From positions 62,682,001 to 62,746,000 of the forward strand of contig NC_043006.1 in assembly GCF_006345805.1 (NCBI RefSeq): a stretch of DNA of 64,000 nt. Reading direction: 5' to 3'. The notes under the pieces are model-generated. The model was not told the origin of the DNA. It did not search any database and saw only the letters and a program-made list of their open reading frames with translations. This document shows, piece after piece, positions 51,028 to 64,000 of the stretch (positions are counted from its first letter, which is position 1; each line of letters begins with the position of its first letter). Position numbers and translations under genes: made by a program. This DNA is from Octopus sinensis (Eukaryota).

Positions 51028-51095
51028 TTTTCTTTATCTTCTTTCAGGTGAGTTTCCACGTATCCAACACTTCTGTTCTTTTTAATCCGGTATGT
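51028..51095 (+). other. Candidate recursive splice site with 42-nt cryptic exon
   Basis: TTTTCTTTATCTTCTTTCAG|GTGAGT (AG ends at 51047); second donor CG|GTATGT at 51090. Confidence 0.45.
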
Positions 51096-51974
51096 ATTTG
51101 ATGAAATATATTCTTTTTTTCTCTGTGACGTATTGAATTGAAAAGTGATAATAAATAGCTCGATGGTGAAGTGCTGATGTGATTTATTTTTTATTTAACG
51201 CCTTGCATAACAGTCCTGTAAACATATTACTATTATTATTAGTCTGTTCTATGAGATATTATCATAAAGGCTGAAATATAGCATTACGATCTGAGTGGTT
51301 AGGATTCGTGATCACAATATAAGATAACACAATAAAACGCGAAGTTGACGTGTTATTAACAGATACCCTATGCAGTATTTTACTCTCCTAGAAACCGCAG
51401 CTAATTCTCTCCCAAATACCATGCTTCTTCTCTTCTCTCTTAAAACAGAATAGAAAAGGATTAGATGGTTTCCTATATTCATGTATTAGCATAATTGTGG
51501 CTAAACGATTGTATGCCATTTACACTTATAGTGTAAGCTGTTCGTGTTACCTTCAATGACGATAGATAAACTCTGGAGAACCAAGCTGCCTGCAAATTCA
51601 CTGTTCGTTCGATGCAGCTGCCTTAGCTATGTGTTTGCTGTAGTAAATGGGTCAGAGAGGTACTCTCAACTTACCTTCTTTCTATCACCGAACGAATCCT
51701 TGAAGCAAGAGAAAAGAGAATCGAAACGACATCTGGGGCTGCTTAATCTATTATTTTATGAATGATCGTGTCTTATCGAGCTTGGATGGAACGAGAAAAA
51801 GTAAAATACTATTTAAAATGATTGCAATTTATTCTTAACATAAAATATAAGAAAATTGCATCATTTTGTGATGCTAATAAAACATTGGCGATTTGTAATT
51901 GAAGCGGACTAGTATTTGATTGACGTTTTCTGTGTAGATTTTATAGTTATTTTGGTACTTTCATAAAGTTTTCC

Positions 51975-52432
51975 CTGTGTTTACTTCCCGTAATCTAGCG
52001 CGTTAGGCAAAAGAAACCGAAAAAATAAGTACCAGGCATGTAAAGAAAAATAAGACCTGGAGGCGATTTGTTCGACTAAAACCATCAAGGCAGTGCTCCA
52101 GTAAAACCGCAGTCAAATGACTGGTAGACGGAAACTGAAGGAAGCCCGTCGTATATATATATATATGTGTGTATGTGTATGAGTGTGTGTGTGTGCGCGC
52201 GCGCGTGTGTGTGTGTGTGAGTGTGTGTATGTTTGTGCCTGTTTTGTTCCCCCAACATTGCTTGCCAACCGATGCTGGTGTGCTTATGTCTCCGTAACTT
52301 AGCGGTTCGGCAAAAACTGAACGATAGAATAAGTACTAGGCTTAGAAAGAATAAGTTCTAGGGTTTGATTTGCTCGACTAAAAGGCGGTGCTCCTCTCAA
52401 ATGACTGAAACATGTCAAAGAATAAAAGAGTA
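51975..52432 (+). mobile_element. Two fused partial CORE-type SINEs
   Basis: The tail (51975-52122) joins at GACTG|GTAGACGG to a second body and tail. Confidence 0.82.
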
Positions 52433-53080
52433 ATAAATTGTATGTATGAGTGTTTCTATTTTTATATGTCTATATGTGCATGTGTGTGTATATATATAAT
52501 ATACACATACATATATATGTATGTGTGTACGATATTTTGAGTTAATGACGTAACGCCAATAACACCTTGGATAAGATACCAACTTAAGAGGAAAGCATAT
52601 TAATTAAATACTGTGTTCGTGAAAAAAAAAGATTTGATGGTCATGGCTGGAACGATTTTGATTGCAAAATCCGTTGGCTCAAAGTTGACATGACCTTAGA
52701 AATCATTTAAATTTATAGATGTTTATTTAAATATTCGGTTGCATCAAATATATTAAATTGAACTCAGTAGTATACTAGAATCAAGCCTTTGAACCGGCAA
52801 GTGCGCTTTAGAAGGCAAGTTTTTGTTTGGCTCTATCTGTCGGAAAACACAAAATGAGTAGTCCTATGGGTTTGTGTTTACGGTTCGCTAATTGGCGGAA
52901 ATATTTTCAGCAGTAATCATAAAATGTGGTCACCCGCTTCGCGTCTGCCAAAGGTTTAGTCGAACGAAATCGCAAATACTGAATGTTCTGGCGAATTCAA
53001 AAAAGTTAAGTATTACATTTAAGCAGGTACTGTATTAAATGATGACAAAAAACACCTTTGTCATTATTCACAGATTGTCT

Positions 53081-53290
53081 AAGGTGGCGTGCTAGCAGAA
53101 TCATTAGCGTCCGGATAAAATGTTTAGCGGCATTTTGTCCCTTACTTTCTGAGCTCAAATTTCGCGGAGGTCGACTTTGCATTACTTCCTTCGATATCGA
53201 TAAAATAAGTGCCAATCGAGTACTGAGATCGACGTAATCAAGTAACCCCCTACCCACAAATTTCAAGCATTGAGCCTATAGTCGAAAGGA
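53081..53290 (+). mobile_element. Degenerate second-family tRNA-SINE
   Basis: GGTGGCGTGCTAGCAGAATCATTAGC..GAGCTCAAATTTCGCGGAGGTCGACTTTGC. Confidence 0.8.
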
Positions 53291-55019
53291 TCATTCGGAA
53301 ATTGCTTATATACACATTTTTTCTAAATTTTTTAATCCTTAACGATTTCATTGGCAAATATTAAGTGTTCAGTCGATGTCAGAATATCTCGAGTTACACA
53401 GAACATCTTTTAAATCGATCGGTTACTCAAATATACACAATGCATTAGGAAAAAACGAATTTTAATAATTTTATTTGTATAACATATATATTTTTTTATC
53501 ATATCAATACCATCAAATTTTTTAAAATTATTTTTTGTCACTTTCTTTACTGAAATCACACATGTATCATATTCTAATTTCACGCTTAACATTATAATGT
53601 ACGAAATGCATTTTTTCTGTGTGTTTTACTGTTTATAGAGCTAGATTTGAAGAGCTGCAAATAGACCAGATGGATATAGATATTCATATATTTTTTGTAT
53701 TCTTCCTTTTCAAACTAATACCAGTTTTAAAAGTTGTGTGTATCTAGTCGTATATTTTTCATTTTGCTTTTCTTTTAACCATGAATTGCAATAAAAATAT
53801 TATTTCTTTAAAAAATACAACTGTGTTACATTACAAACTAGCACCTAAAATATTTAGAAGGTAAAGTACACTGGAATTTACTTCTTCATCGTCGTAGACA
53901 GACAGAAAGCAATAAAGAATATACATTTCCTTTCTAAGTAAATTAGTTTCAAATTTTTTCATCATCACGAGTGGGTTGCTGAAATCCATAATCCAAAATC
54001 AGTCATAGGAAAAGATTATCAGAAATGAATTATTTTGTATTAACACCTGACATAAATTAGAAAATTCATTACTCAGTTGTTCCCAACGTAATTGATCATA
54101 CTGTAGCTATTTCAGTTTTCATGCCCTTTCCATATCATACACCTCACATACAGTACAAGAATATTCATGGTTTGGTTAAACCTGATTTCTAAGATTCTTT
54201 TATATATGACATATGTAGCATTTTAGTATATTTCGACAAAAGAATGGAACGTAGTTTTACTTTCATTTTATAATCTCATGGTATAATTGTTCTAACTGAA
54301 GGGCCCAGAGAATTGAACCAAAAAATGCATTGTCTCTCACTGGGATACCGTCTTTGATATATCACGCATCTGCATTAATAATTAAGGCCAATTATTACGA
54401 AATAATTTCGATATAATGCTTTCTGATTTCGGCACAGGGCCTAGAAATTTGAAGGTAGGGTGTTAGTCATGTTCTTGACTCCATTACGGGGTGGGGTGTA
54501 AGTATCTTCCGCGTAATGAAACGTCCGTCTGTCCTATGTAGTTTTATTGTTTGAGCTCGGCAAGATTTGAAACCAGACTGTAAAAATTGGAAGAAATAAT
54601 GCATAGTATTTTCTCCTACGTCTCAGATGTCAAATCTACAATACCCGGCACTCTCAAATAAATATAATACCGAGTGTTAACACATGTTATGTGTTTGTGG
54701 ATTACCGTGCAGCGGTTGTACATATTTCAAAATATACATTAGCATGAAAATCACGTCCTACCGTTTTTTTTTGCCTTTTCATTCTTTTGTTCGGTTTGTA
54801 TGATCCCAAAGCACATCACTCATAATATTTTTCAGAGCCTCCATGATTTATACGTGGGATATAGCTATCGTCAGAAAAATAACAACATATAAATGCACAC
54901 AATATATGACGTTAACGAATAAACGTTTTAAAATTTACATTCAGAATATATATATTTCAGGCAATTTTTAGAAAATGTATTATTTACCTTTACAATTTAT
55001 ATAAACGTATATACACCTG

Positions 55020-55208
55020 TTAATAGTTTCACTGCATGTAAGTACTGGATATATTATATATGCGCGTATGTATGTTTGCGTGCGTGTGTGTACAACATAC
55101 ACACACATAATGCATGCTAATACACACAAGCACATACACATACACCCACCCACAGACACACACACACACAATACTATATCCAGTACTTACATGCAGTCAA
55201 AGTATTAA
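55020..55208. repeat. Inverted repeat (38-bp arms) around a GT/AC microsatellite
   Basis: ACTGCATGTAAGTACTGGATATA pairs perfectly with TATATCCAGTACTTACATGCAGT; arms extend with about 3 mismatches. Confidence 0.88.
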
Positions 55209-57407
55209 TATGAATGTATATAAGATACATTTCGTGTGTGTGCATGCATACGTGCGTGTGGGTATTAACACGTGCACAGCCGCCCTGCATTTATGGATGT
55301 GTGTTATGTTGTGAGAATATATATATCCAGGTGCGTTTCTTAACATTAATAATTCGCAAGGTATAGATCGCATGCGAAAATGTATTGTCGATTGGAACAG
55401 CTCTGAAAACATGTAGTAGTTCGCGTGCCGTCGAACTAAAGTTAAGTTACTTTTACATTCTAAACTTAAAGAGAAACACAAATAGTATAATCATTTTCGT
55501 TCAACGTTTCAAAATTTCAAATACCCCATTCTAGTGGCATACTGCGAAGAATTGCTACAAAGATTTTAATCAAATGATCTTTCAATTGTACTATTCATGA
55601 CCGATTTTCAATGTAGCTAACAGTGTAAAAAAATGTATCATATTAGGACTTCGCATCATGATGGCGGTTATGCTATCTCTCAGTAATTTGTACTTAGATT
55701 GAGAAGGAACGTAACTTGGTACTTCATACTGTTTTCTCCGTCACACTATAGTATTTCCAATGCGCCTCCCACTTCCGACCAAAGAATAATTTCTGTTAGA
55801 TAGATATGGGATCACACATATTTTGTTAGTTTAACCTATTAAATAAATACTAGTTTTTTAAATGGTAGTTATTTATGGAAAGTCAAAATGGTTGCTACGA
55901 TTGAGCTCTAAATGTGGAGATAAACAAACAGCTTAATTCATTCTACCATTGCAAATTCCAACTGAATAGTGATTTCTTTGTAAGGCACACATCCACAAAT
56001 TCGTGGATGGTGGTTCTTGACCAAATGAATTCGTGAACTATTCTGATATTTATTTAATCCACATAAATAAGGATATCAACTGAGAAATTAAATATACAAG
56101 TACACAGCTCGATGTATTCGCCTATTCTCTCTTATCTGCAAATATTTTTGTTCTACTTACAAGATAAAGAAACACGCAGGAATATACTAATTGCTTATGA
56201 AGGAACAGTTATCTTTTCGCTGGCCCATATTATAGATACACAACACAGATAAATTGACATTGCTTCACATCATTTTAAAATAGATATCGGGGAGACGGAG
56301 AGGCTTCTACTATAAACACTTTTGTTCTTACAAAGATCAACATTATACGACATGAATTGGAGTTTGGTGAGAGGCAAACAAAATTTTATATGGAACTTGA
56401 AGTTGTATATAAAATTTTGTTTCAGCAACTAAACATTACCATACTTGAACGAAACACTGAATTAGTTAATGTTTAATAGTTTTAAAAAGAAAAACAATTA
56501 ATAATGATTCTAGTGCATTGTCTTCTTTTGTTTTTTGCATATGTTTCGAGTTGAATGTTACGGATAATTTAAGGCTGCTTCTTAGCTGGATGTTTATGAA
56601 TTGAAGCTGTTGTAATTATTATAGCTGAATGTTGACCATCTCTTTCCATAGATTGTCACCGTTCAATTACATTTTCATTTAATTTCTATTCTTTGCTTCA
56701 CTCACAACCCTATCGACAACTTCGAATATTGATTACATTGTCTACAATATCAGTAACGGCAACAAGAGCAGCGCCATGAGCGAACAAAAGAGAAAACAAT
56801 AACAATATCGTCTATAATATTGTGTTAAAACTTGGTCAACGAATATCTTCGAATTAATGTATTTAATAAATTGGAAACATAGGTTAAGGGTGATGCTTTT
56901 AATGTTAACCAATACAGTGTTTAATTTGCTAGCATCGGAAAGTTTCGAGAATTTTACTACTCAACTGAAAATGTTTCAATTTAATTATCACGTATTGTTA
57001 AAAACGTATCATAATATTGGCTCTTGAAAAATATAAAAAAAGGCGTTTGAACTTTACAAATGGAAAGACGTAGACGTTCGTGGTTCTATTCTCACTTAAA
57101 GGAAACCGTTACTCTAATTTCATATAAAATGGTGATTAAACTTTTTAGAGTTGATCATTAGTCATTGATATCATATTTTCAGCAGTTTCAGATCAAGAAG
57201 AAAGCCTACTGTAACTTAAGTCAAAGAACCGCTTATGATATCGTGTGAACCTATGAAAAGGTTTTCACTTCAATGTTACCATTGAGTCTCCTTGAAACAC
57301 ATTTGTGCCCTATCCATTCTCAGTCAAATCGCTTTAAACTGATATCATAAATCTCTTCAACAGGTTACATTTTGATCTTCTTTAATTTACATAAAGTCGA
57401 TAGTAAA

Positions 57408-57450
<43 letters not shown>

Positions 57451-57510
57451 TATTATTATTATTATTATATTATTATTATTATTATTATTATTATATTATT
57501 ATTATTATTT
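57408..57510. repeat. (ATT)n microsatellite
   Basis: Directly visible. Confidence 0.95.
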
Positions 57511-60059
57511 AACTGACTATCATGTCTCTATTACTATGTAAATATTTTACTTTCAACTACAGGTTCTGAGATCAAGTCGAAATAAATTCATAATTAAAAC
57601 AGTTCTTTTTGTGTGAATGATTTAAAACACAATGTGGCAATGTGTTAAAAGAGTGCCCCTATTTCATATGTTGAAGAACATAGCTTTAACATTGAAATTC
57701 ACAAAATAAGGAGGAAAATGATATAAATGTTGTACAGTGTTGTACAGCTTAAGAATTCTTAGCTGTTTGGAAAAATAGTCAATTCTTTTAGAAATTGTGC
57801 TCGCACTATTCAGTATGTTTCCTTTGTACTTTTTCTGATATACCCTTTAGGACACGACTCGACTGTTTGAATAAATATAATTTGGCTTACGGATAAATAT
57901 TGTTTTTATTTTAAAGATATCACGTCGTGGCATATATTGCAAAGTCAATCGTACTTGATTCAGAACAGCAGAAAATCAATACCAAAATTTATTAGATTGC
58001 TTCATGCCTAATATTATTTTTCTATTTTTCCTGCAAACCGCTATAATCTCAATTTACCTATTTCAGTGCACTTCTTTCAGAGAGTGAAACTAACCTGTAG
58101 GATTTCACATTTTTTTCTAAAACCCACTTATAAGATTTCCAAAATAAATGCGACTTAAAATACATTATCAAACTACGGTAGTGCTTCTGTCCTGTAATTA
58201 AATACTCTAAGATATTAGCAAGAACAGAGTGCTATATATAAAGTTTACAAATGCATGGGTGCGTGTATGGGAATTATATAAATAGCAATCTTCTACGTGT
58301 ATGGAAATTATATAGATATTTTCTAGTTCAGTGTCATGTTAAGGAAGCGGAATGATGTTAATTGTTGTTGTGAGTCGATTAACTATCTCCTAAGAAGATC
58401 CACCTTCTTTTTAATCACCACAAAATAAAAGATTCGAAGAAAGGGAATTAGTTTTTATGAAATAATTAAAACATACCGACAACACAGTTCGTGAAGTGTA
58501 GTCGATTGAATGCAATAACATATTTAGTTTATAAGGACGAATTATCGGCATTCAGACATTAGCCGTGTGAGTGAGAGTTAGAATTGTAGAAGTCTAACAA
58601 AGGAACCTAGTTCGGAAACAATGCGACGATGTGGGACAAATGAGTACACTGTAGAAAAGGGAATAAATAGCCTATGGTATCGTACTGCAATCACTCCTTC
58701 GCTGTATCTCATCAAATATTACAGTTTAATGTAGTTGTCTAAATTTATACATAAAGAACTTCTCATATAAACTAAATACGGATAATGTTTAATTTGAAAT
58801 ATATGAATTATGTTTGTCTGCCTATGTTCTAAAGTATTGCCACTATTGTTTTTTATTCTATCAATGTGCTGTGCTTAAGGAATATAACTACTTTTACCTG
58901 CTTATTATGATGCAGAACCAACAAAATACGTATCGAAGAGATAAAACAAAGAATAACCTAACAATATTTAAGTGCCCAATAGGAAATTGATGAGTAGTTT
59001 TGTGAAAATTCTCACAAGATTATCAAAAGATATATGCTCAGAGAATTGTATATACTCGTTAATATTATATATATATTCCTCATTATTGTATAATTCACAG
59101 AAGATTGATTATTTTCTGTTACAATTTTAGAAAAGACAATACGTCAGGGAGATGTTGTGTTTGATGCATTGCACAACATTTATTTTACCGTAGCTTATTG
59201 AAGTGAAGATCTATGCACTAAACATGAATACGAAACATTTTAGGAAATCATTTATTTCACGTTTATCAGTATTGAAATGCAGGGATTCTATTTCCTGTAT
59301 TATTGTAACCTATTGCAAGCAAGTTTGTCAGATTTTGATTATATATTTACAGTCAACCTCTTGTAAAAATGTGATTATTTTCTAGTAGCACCCATGGCAA
59401 GATTGTTTGGCGCTGAAGAAAGATAACATTGCCAAGTTTCGTTACCATAAGTATTAGAAATACAGTATTAACTCGAATTACACATTCCTATCATGGACGC
59501 TTAATAAACGAGCATTTAGATTTGCTGTTTACAAAGAAGCTTTGGTTAAACCACCGCAATTGCTCTGTAGAACCAACGGAAAAATGACTCACCAAAAAAC
59601 ATTTCAAGTGGATTTCCATAATTTGTTACTCGCCTCTAATACGTTCGATTCCAACGAGCGATAAAGCAGCTAAGAGATATTGCATCACACACATTTCACT
59701 GCCGTATAGATTTAGTATTTTGATGTATATTTGTGTCGCTATGAAAAAAAACTTATCGCGAGTTGTGCTCTAACAGCTTTAGTTTTGATGGGTATTGTAG
59801 AACGCTGAGATACAACGTGTGCAGATAAATTTTACGTATGTATGTTTACTTATCATACATTAGCCGTATCTCCTTCACTCTCACTTTACTGGGTCTTATT
59901 TTGATTGTATTAACCGCATTGACATTTCTAACAGCAAAATAGATGTATTTCTCAAACGTATACGTGTAAAGTGTTTTATAATTGATCCACATACATACAT
60001 ACGTGCACGCGCGCCTTGTGTCAGTATTTCTGTTACGACAAGTTATACGAAACTAAATA

Positions 60060-60245
60060 TTGGTTTGAAAGTTCGGCGTAAGGCCCGCAATAACGGAGGA
60101 AGCTATAAGTCGATTACAACCACACCAGGCCTCAGTTGAGAATTATTTTATTGACCCCGAAAATCGACATCGGCAGAATACGAACGGACGAAATACCGCA
60201 AAGTATTTTGCCCGGCTTGCTAACATCTCTACCAGCTGACTGACT
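60060..60245 (-). mobile_element. Degenerate second-family tRNA-SINE
   Basis: AAGTCGATTAC..TTGACCCCGAAA..GACGAAATACCGC..GCTAAC..CCAGCT. Confidence 0.7.
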
Positions 60246-61099
60246 TAAGTGGAACTAAATGTTACGTATCATTTTTTCTTGGGGATATATATATTGCTTT
60301 CACATTACCCCGCAATCGGTGTTCTTTTTCGTTTTATATGTTTAGTCGTACAAATGTGTGGTTTCTCTACCAATATAACTAACTAACATGTATAGTAACT
60401 TGTTAGATTTTAAGACTAAAATACAAGCTGACATTTTTTTCATAGTATACTTACAATAGTTCTACTTATATAAATACTCATCATATTAAAACGCCTTATA
60501 TATTAAAGATTAGGTCAAATACGATTACTGTTATATGGAGATAATGTCTACTCAGCATCTGCGAAGCATAAAGTTTAAATAGTGACTGTGAAAACGACGA
60601 CATGGGAAGACGAACGTAAGAATATAAAACTTCTCCTTACTCTTTGCGTGACTAAATGTTCTGAAAAAGTTATGATCTCCAGATTTTTTCCAGAAATAAA
60701 AGAATAACTATGTTCCGAAATCTTGATTTCAAATAAACGAAAATATTGGTTTCTAACACAGGTCAGAACCTTGAAGCGATGGGAACGTTTAAAAATTAAT
60801 TATATTACATGATTGTTTCTTATTGTGGCTATCCCAAGAGTATGAACTACAAAATAAACTTAAAGATATAAAGATAATCTTGCATCTTATTCTCTAATCC
60901 ACTGGTATTTTGCAATATTCATATTATTTCTGAAGTAATTTCATGGGGTGGAGATCATAATTTTCATAGTATTTATGTTCGGAGACGCGGTTCGTTTGCA
61001 TAACATTACATATACTTATTTGCAATCAACAAGAGAAAATGCAGCTATTTTTTTTAACAGACACAGACACACATATGTACATATATCATACATATATAT

Positions 61100-61137
<38 letters not shown>

Positions 61138-61639
61138 ATGAGTCTCTTACAGTTGTTTCGATAGGAATTTTTTATTTTGATGAGAGCATAATACAGCTAT
61201 TAAAGTTATACAATACTCTAAGCACCTCCCCAGCTTGTCAACAAGCAACCACAAAACAGATTGTTACAACGACTTGTTGAGTAATCCATTGATTCGCAAT
61301 GTATCTGGAAAATAATTCGTGCATGATTATAGATAAGGAACAATATTTAGGGAATCTATGTGTCAACATGTTTTTCTGCCGGGCCTTATTGCCTTTAACT
61401 AACATGCTATACTCAACACAGCTCCTATATAAACACTTCAGTGAAAAATCAACCATTCTTCTGATATAGACGATTTTAATTTGTATTCTGTAGCTACCAG
61501 ACAACTTGTCTAGTAAACGCCACTGCACGTGTTTGATAGAGGAATTGACATAAATTTGCATTAGAAAGAATGAGCAAGAATAACGTTGTTGGGATGAGAA
61601 TTTAGAACTCTTATTAGACAATAAAACATAGTTGGGAGA

Positions 61640-62300
61640 ATTAGGATGACAGCAGGCTAATACTTGTACTACAATTATACTACAGAGTCACTGGAGTAAA
61701 TTCAGTACATCCTAAACTGATCGGTCAAGAGGGGTGTTGGCGTATAATTAGAAACACATTAGATTAATACTTAACACAGTGTAAAGTTGATAGCCATTAA
61801 TACTCTACCTATTCCAACAATAAATTACAGTCAAAATAAATGCAAGGGCACATTAAGCTAACTAGGAATACTTAAGACAGAAATGAAGAAAATAATGAAT
61901 GCATTTATAATACATTTCTACAAATCCGAGAGAAAAACATTTGCTCACAATGCTGAAAGAATATAACATTATGCAAATAGATAACTTGAACAAATATCTC
62001 CAAAAAAGTCACAAAAGCTATGTATTAAATGAAAGACAGGGAAGTAATGGCAACATTGATACAACTAAAAGTTGTTACCTAATGTAAAGGGAGTAAAAAA
62101 ATATAAATTGTAGGCTAACTGATAACAGGATCAATACGTTCTTGTCGGGTACCTGTTAAAAGATATGTGCAACAACAGTAGGATATTCTAGAATGCTTAG
62201 TTAACCCCTTAGTAATAAAAAACAACCCATCGCTGTCAATATCTTAGAAAATCGAAAAATGTGGGAATATATAAATACAAATCACTGAGCAGCCCATGTG
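61640..62300 (+). mobile_element. Very old R4/Dong-like remnant
   Basis: KLIAINTLPIPTINYS (~61785-61832) and a downstream QDQ-like segment. Weak. Confidence 0.3.
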
Positions 62301-62537
62301 TCAAAGCAGAGACAAATGAATTCATTATTGCAGCACATGATTAAAGCGTTCAATCAGAAACTCCCAAGGTGTGAAATTACCGAAGAATATCTGCTGATTA
62401 CAAAGAAACAGCATAGTCTCTGGCAACTCAATCTTAGAGAATTAGGAATCTACCTTGAGATATGGCAGTGCTCAGATTTTCACGCAGAGATGTTCTTTGA
62501 TAAGTGAGAGTCTTTGAAATATAAACATATGAAACTA

Positions 62538-62870
62538 TAGCTCGTTTGTGGTAAATGAAATTAGGAACAAACCTTATAATATATTCCATGAAAAAGATTG
62601 AAAATTGATCGTTGAGAAATACATAGTGAAACACCTATGCCTCATACAATACACACACACATACACACACACATATATATATATACATATACATATAAAT
62701 ATTTATGTATATGCATATATATATGTGTGTGTGTGTGTGTGTGCGTGTGTGTGTGTATTTGTATGAGGCACAGGTGTTTGACTATGTATATCTCAACGAT
62801 CAATTTTCAATCCTTTTCATGGAATATATTATACGGTTTGTTCGTCATTTCATTTACCGCATACGAGTTA
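62538..62870. repeat. ~333-bp near-perfect palindrome centred on a (CA)(TA)(TG) microsatellite
   Basis: Unique arms ~62538-62650 and ~62758-62870 are reverse complements; the spacer (CA)n..ATAAATATTTAT..(TG)n is itself largely self-complementary. Confidence 0.93.
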
Positions 62871-64000
62871 CATTGACTTTAATGATGCATATATTTACAG
62901 CGCACAAAACCTGCGCCCGGTAGCACAGTGGAAATAAAATAATATGAGATTATGAGATTACTGAAAAAATATTATCGGTTTCTAATGAAGAGAAAAGACA
63001 GTTATTGTAGTTTAATGACTCTGAAAGGATGAAAGACAAATACGATCTCAGGGGAATTTGATCTGAGTATGTAAGGGGCTTGAATGTATATTGCACAGAA
63101 CTTTGTCAGTCATTTTTACGATTCTGCCAAAACAAACTATCAACATGCAGCTACTGATATTCTGTTTAAGACTTACCCAATAATATATAATAAATATCCT
63201 ATACAATACATATCCTCTACAGTTACAGTCACAAAAGACTATACACATAATGCAGGAACATAACGTATGCGATATCAGCTGCCAACCAATAAAATGTCAC
63301 AACCTGCATATGATATACTCTTCATAACAAATAGACACAATATTGAAATTCTACCAGAAACAATTAAACAAAACTCACTAAAAATTATAACAGTATATAA
63401 ACACAATTTTCAATAAACCTGAAACATGGCAGTTCACCCACAGGCCAATAAAGGAACGTCACTGCTACAAATAAGAATTTAACAATCTTCAAATTTTAGC
63501 TTATCATCTTCGTAATGGAAATCACATAATGGATAATTTATTTCTATGCACCCCTAAACAGGTGTGATGGCCATGTTTAGAGTGCTCTCTAATGATCAGT
63601 CCGTTCAAACAGGTTTGACCCAAGACTGAAATTCAATAACAATAGTAAAGATGCTTCTGGTGGCGAGAAAGAACTTAGAAAAAAAAATGTTGCAAACATA
63701 TATATCGGGACAAAAAGGTCACCAAATCATGAGAGCTTATCGAAGAATACAAAAAATAGAATTATTTACGTACCAGAATATCTATTACATACAAGAATAT
63801 CTATTTCAGATAAATGATGACTCAAACTTATCGATTACATTATATATTCATTTCACTTTATTTCATCTTATCTTTCTTCGTTTCTTTTAGTTTTATACTT
63901 GTGTTTGTTATTGATATTGCAGCAAAATGTGCTGTTTCAAACTTCAATAACGGAAAAAACAGCTGCTTCCGAAAATTAGGGTGTTTTCTATTTCTTTTCT

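Noticed and set aside
61238-61621. 127-aa minus-strand ORF as a gene
   Set aside because: Non-ATG start; at best a faint RTE RT resemblance; no splice context.

Overview
AT-rich, microsatellite-dense eukaryotic DNA. The SINE repertoire (tRNA-headed CORE-type and a second tRNA family) points to an Octopus genome; this is an inference from recalled repeat sequences, not a database hit. I find no intact protein-coding gene, and most ORFs in the track are translated microsatellites. The first ~53 kb is layered transposon debris: a Helitron derivative, a near full-length mellifera-type mariner, irritans-type mariner halves, Tc1, CR1, RTE, Tx1 and R4/Dong LINEs, and at least three lineages of Penelope-like elements (PLEs). 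The last ~11 kb is comparatively repeat-poor. Main highlights: (1) minimal hammerhead-ribozyme-like motifs in several unrelated repeats, one inside a tRNA-headed SINE; (2) a heavily decayed intronless Toll-like receptor pseudogene (LRR, LRR-CT, TIR) at ~11.5-15.4 kb on the minus strand, with a possible second TIR remnant at the window start; (3) several long fold-back palindromes, some centred on self-complementary microsatellites; (4) a candidate recursive-splice site (AG|GTGAGT) with a 42-nt cryptic exon at 51.05 kb. Boundaries of decayed elements are approximate.
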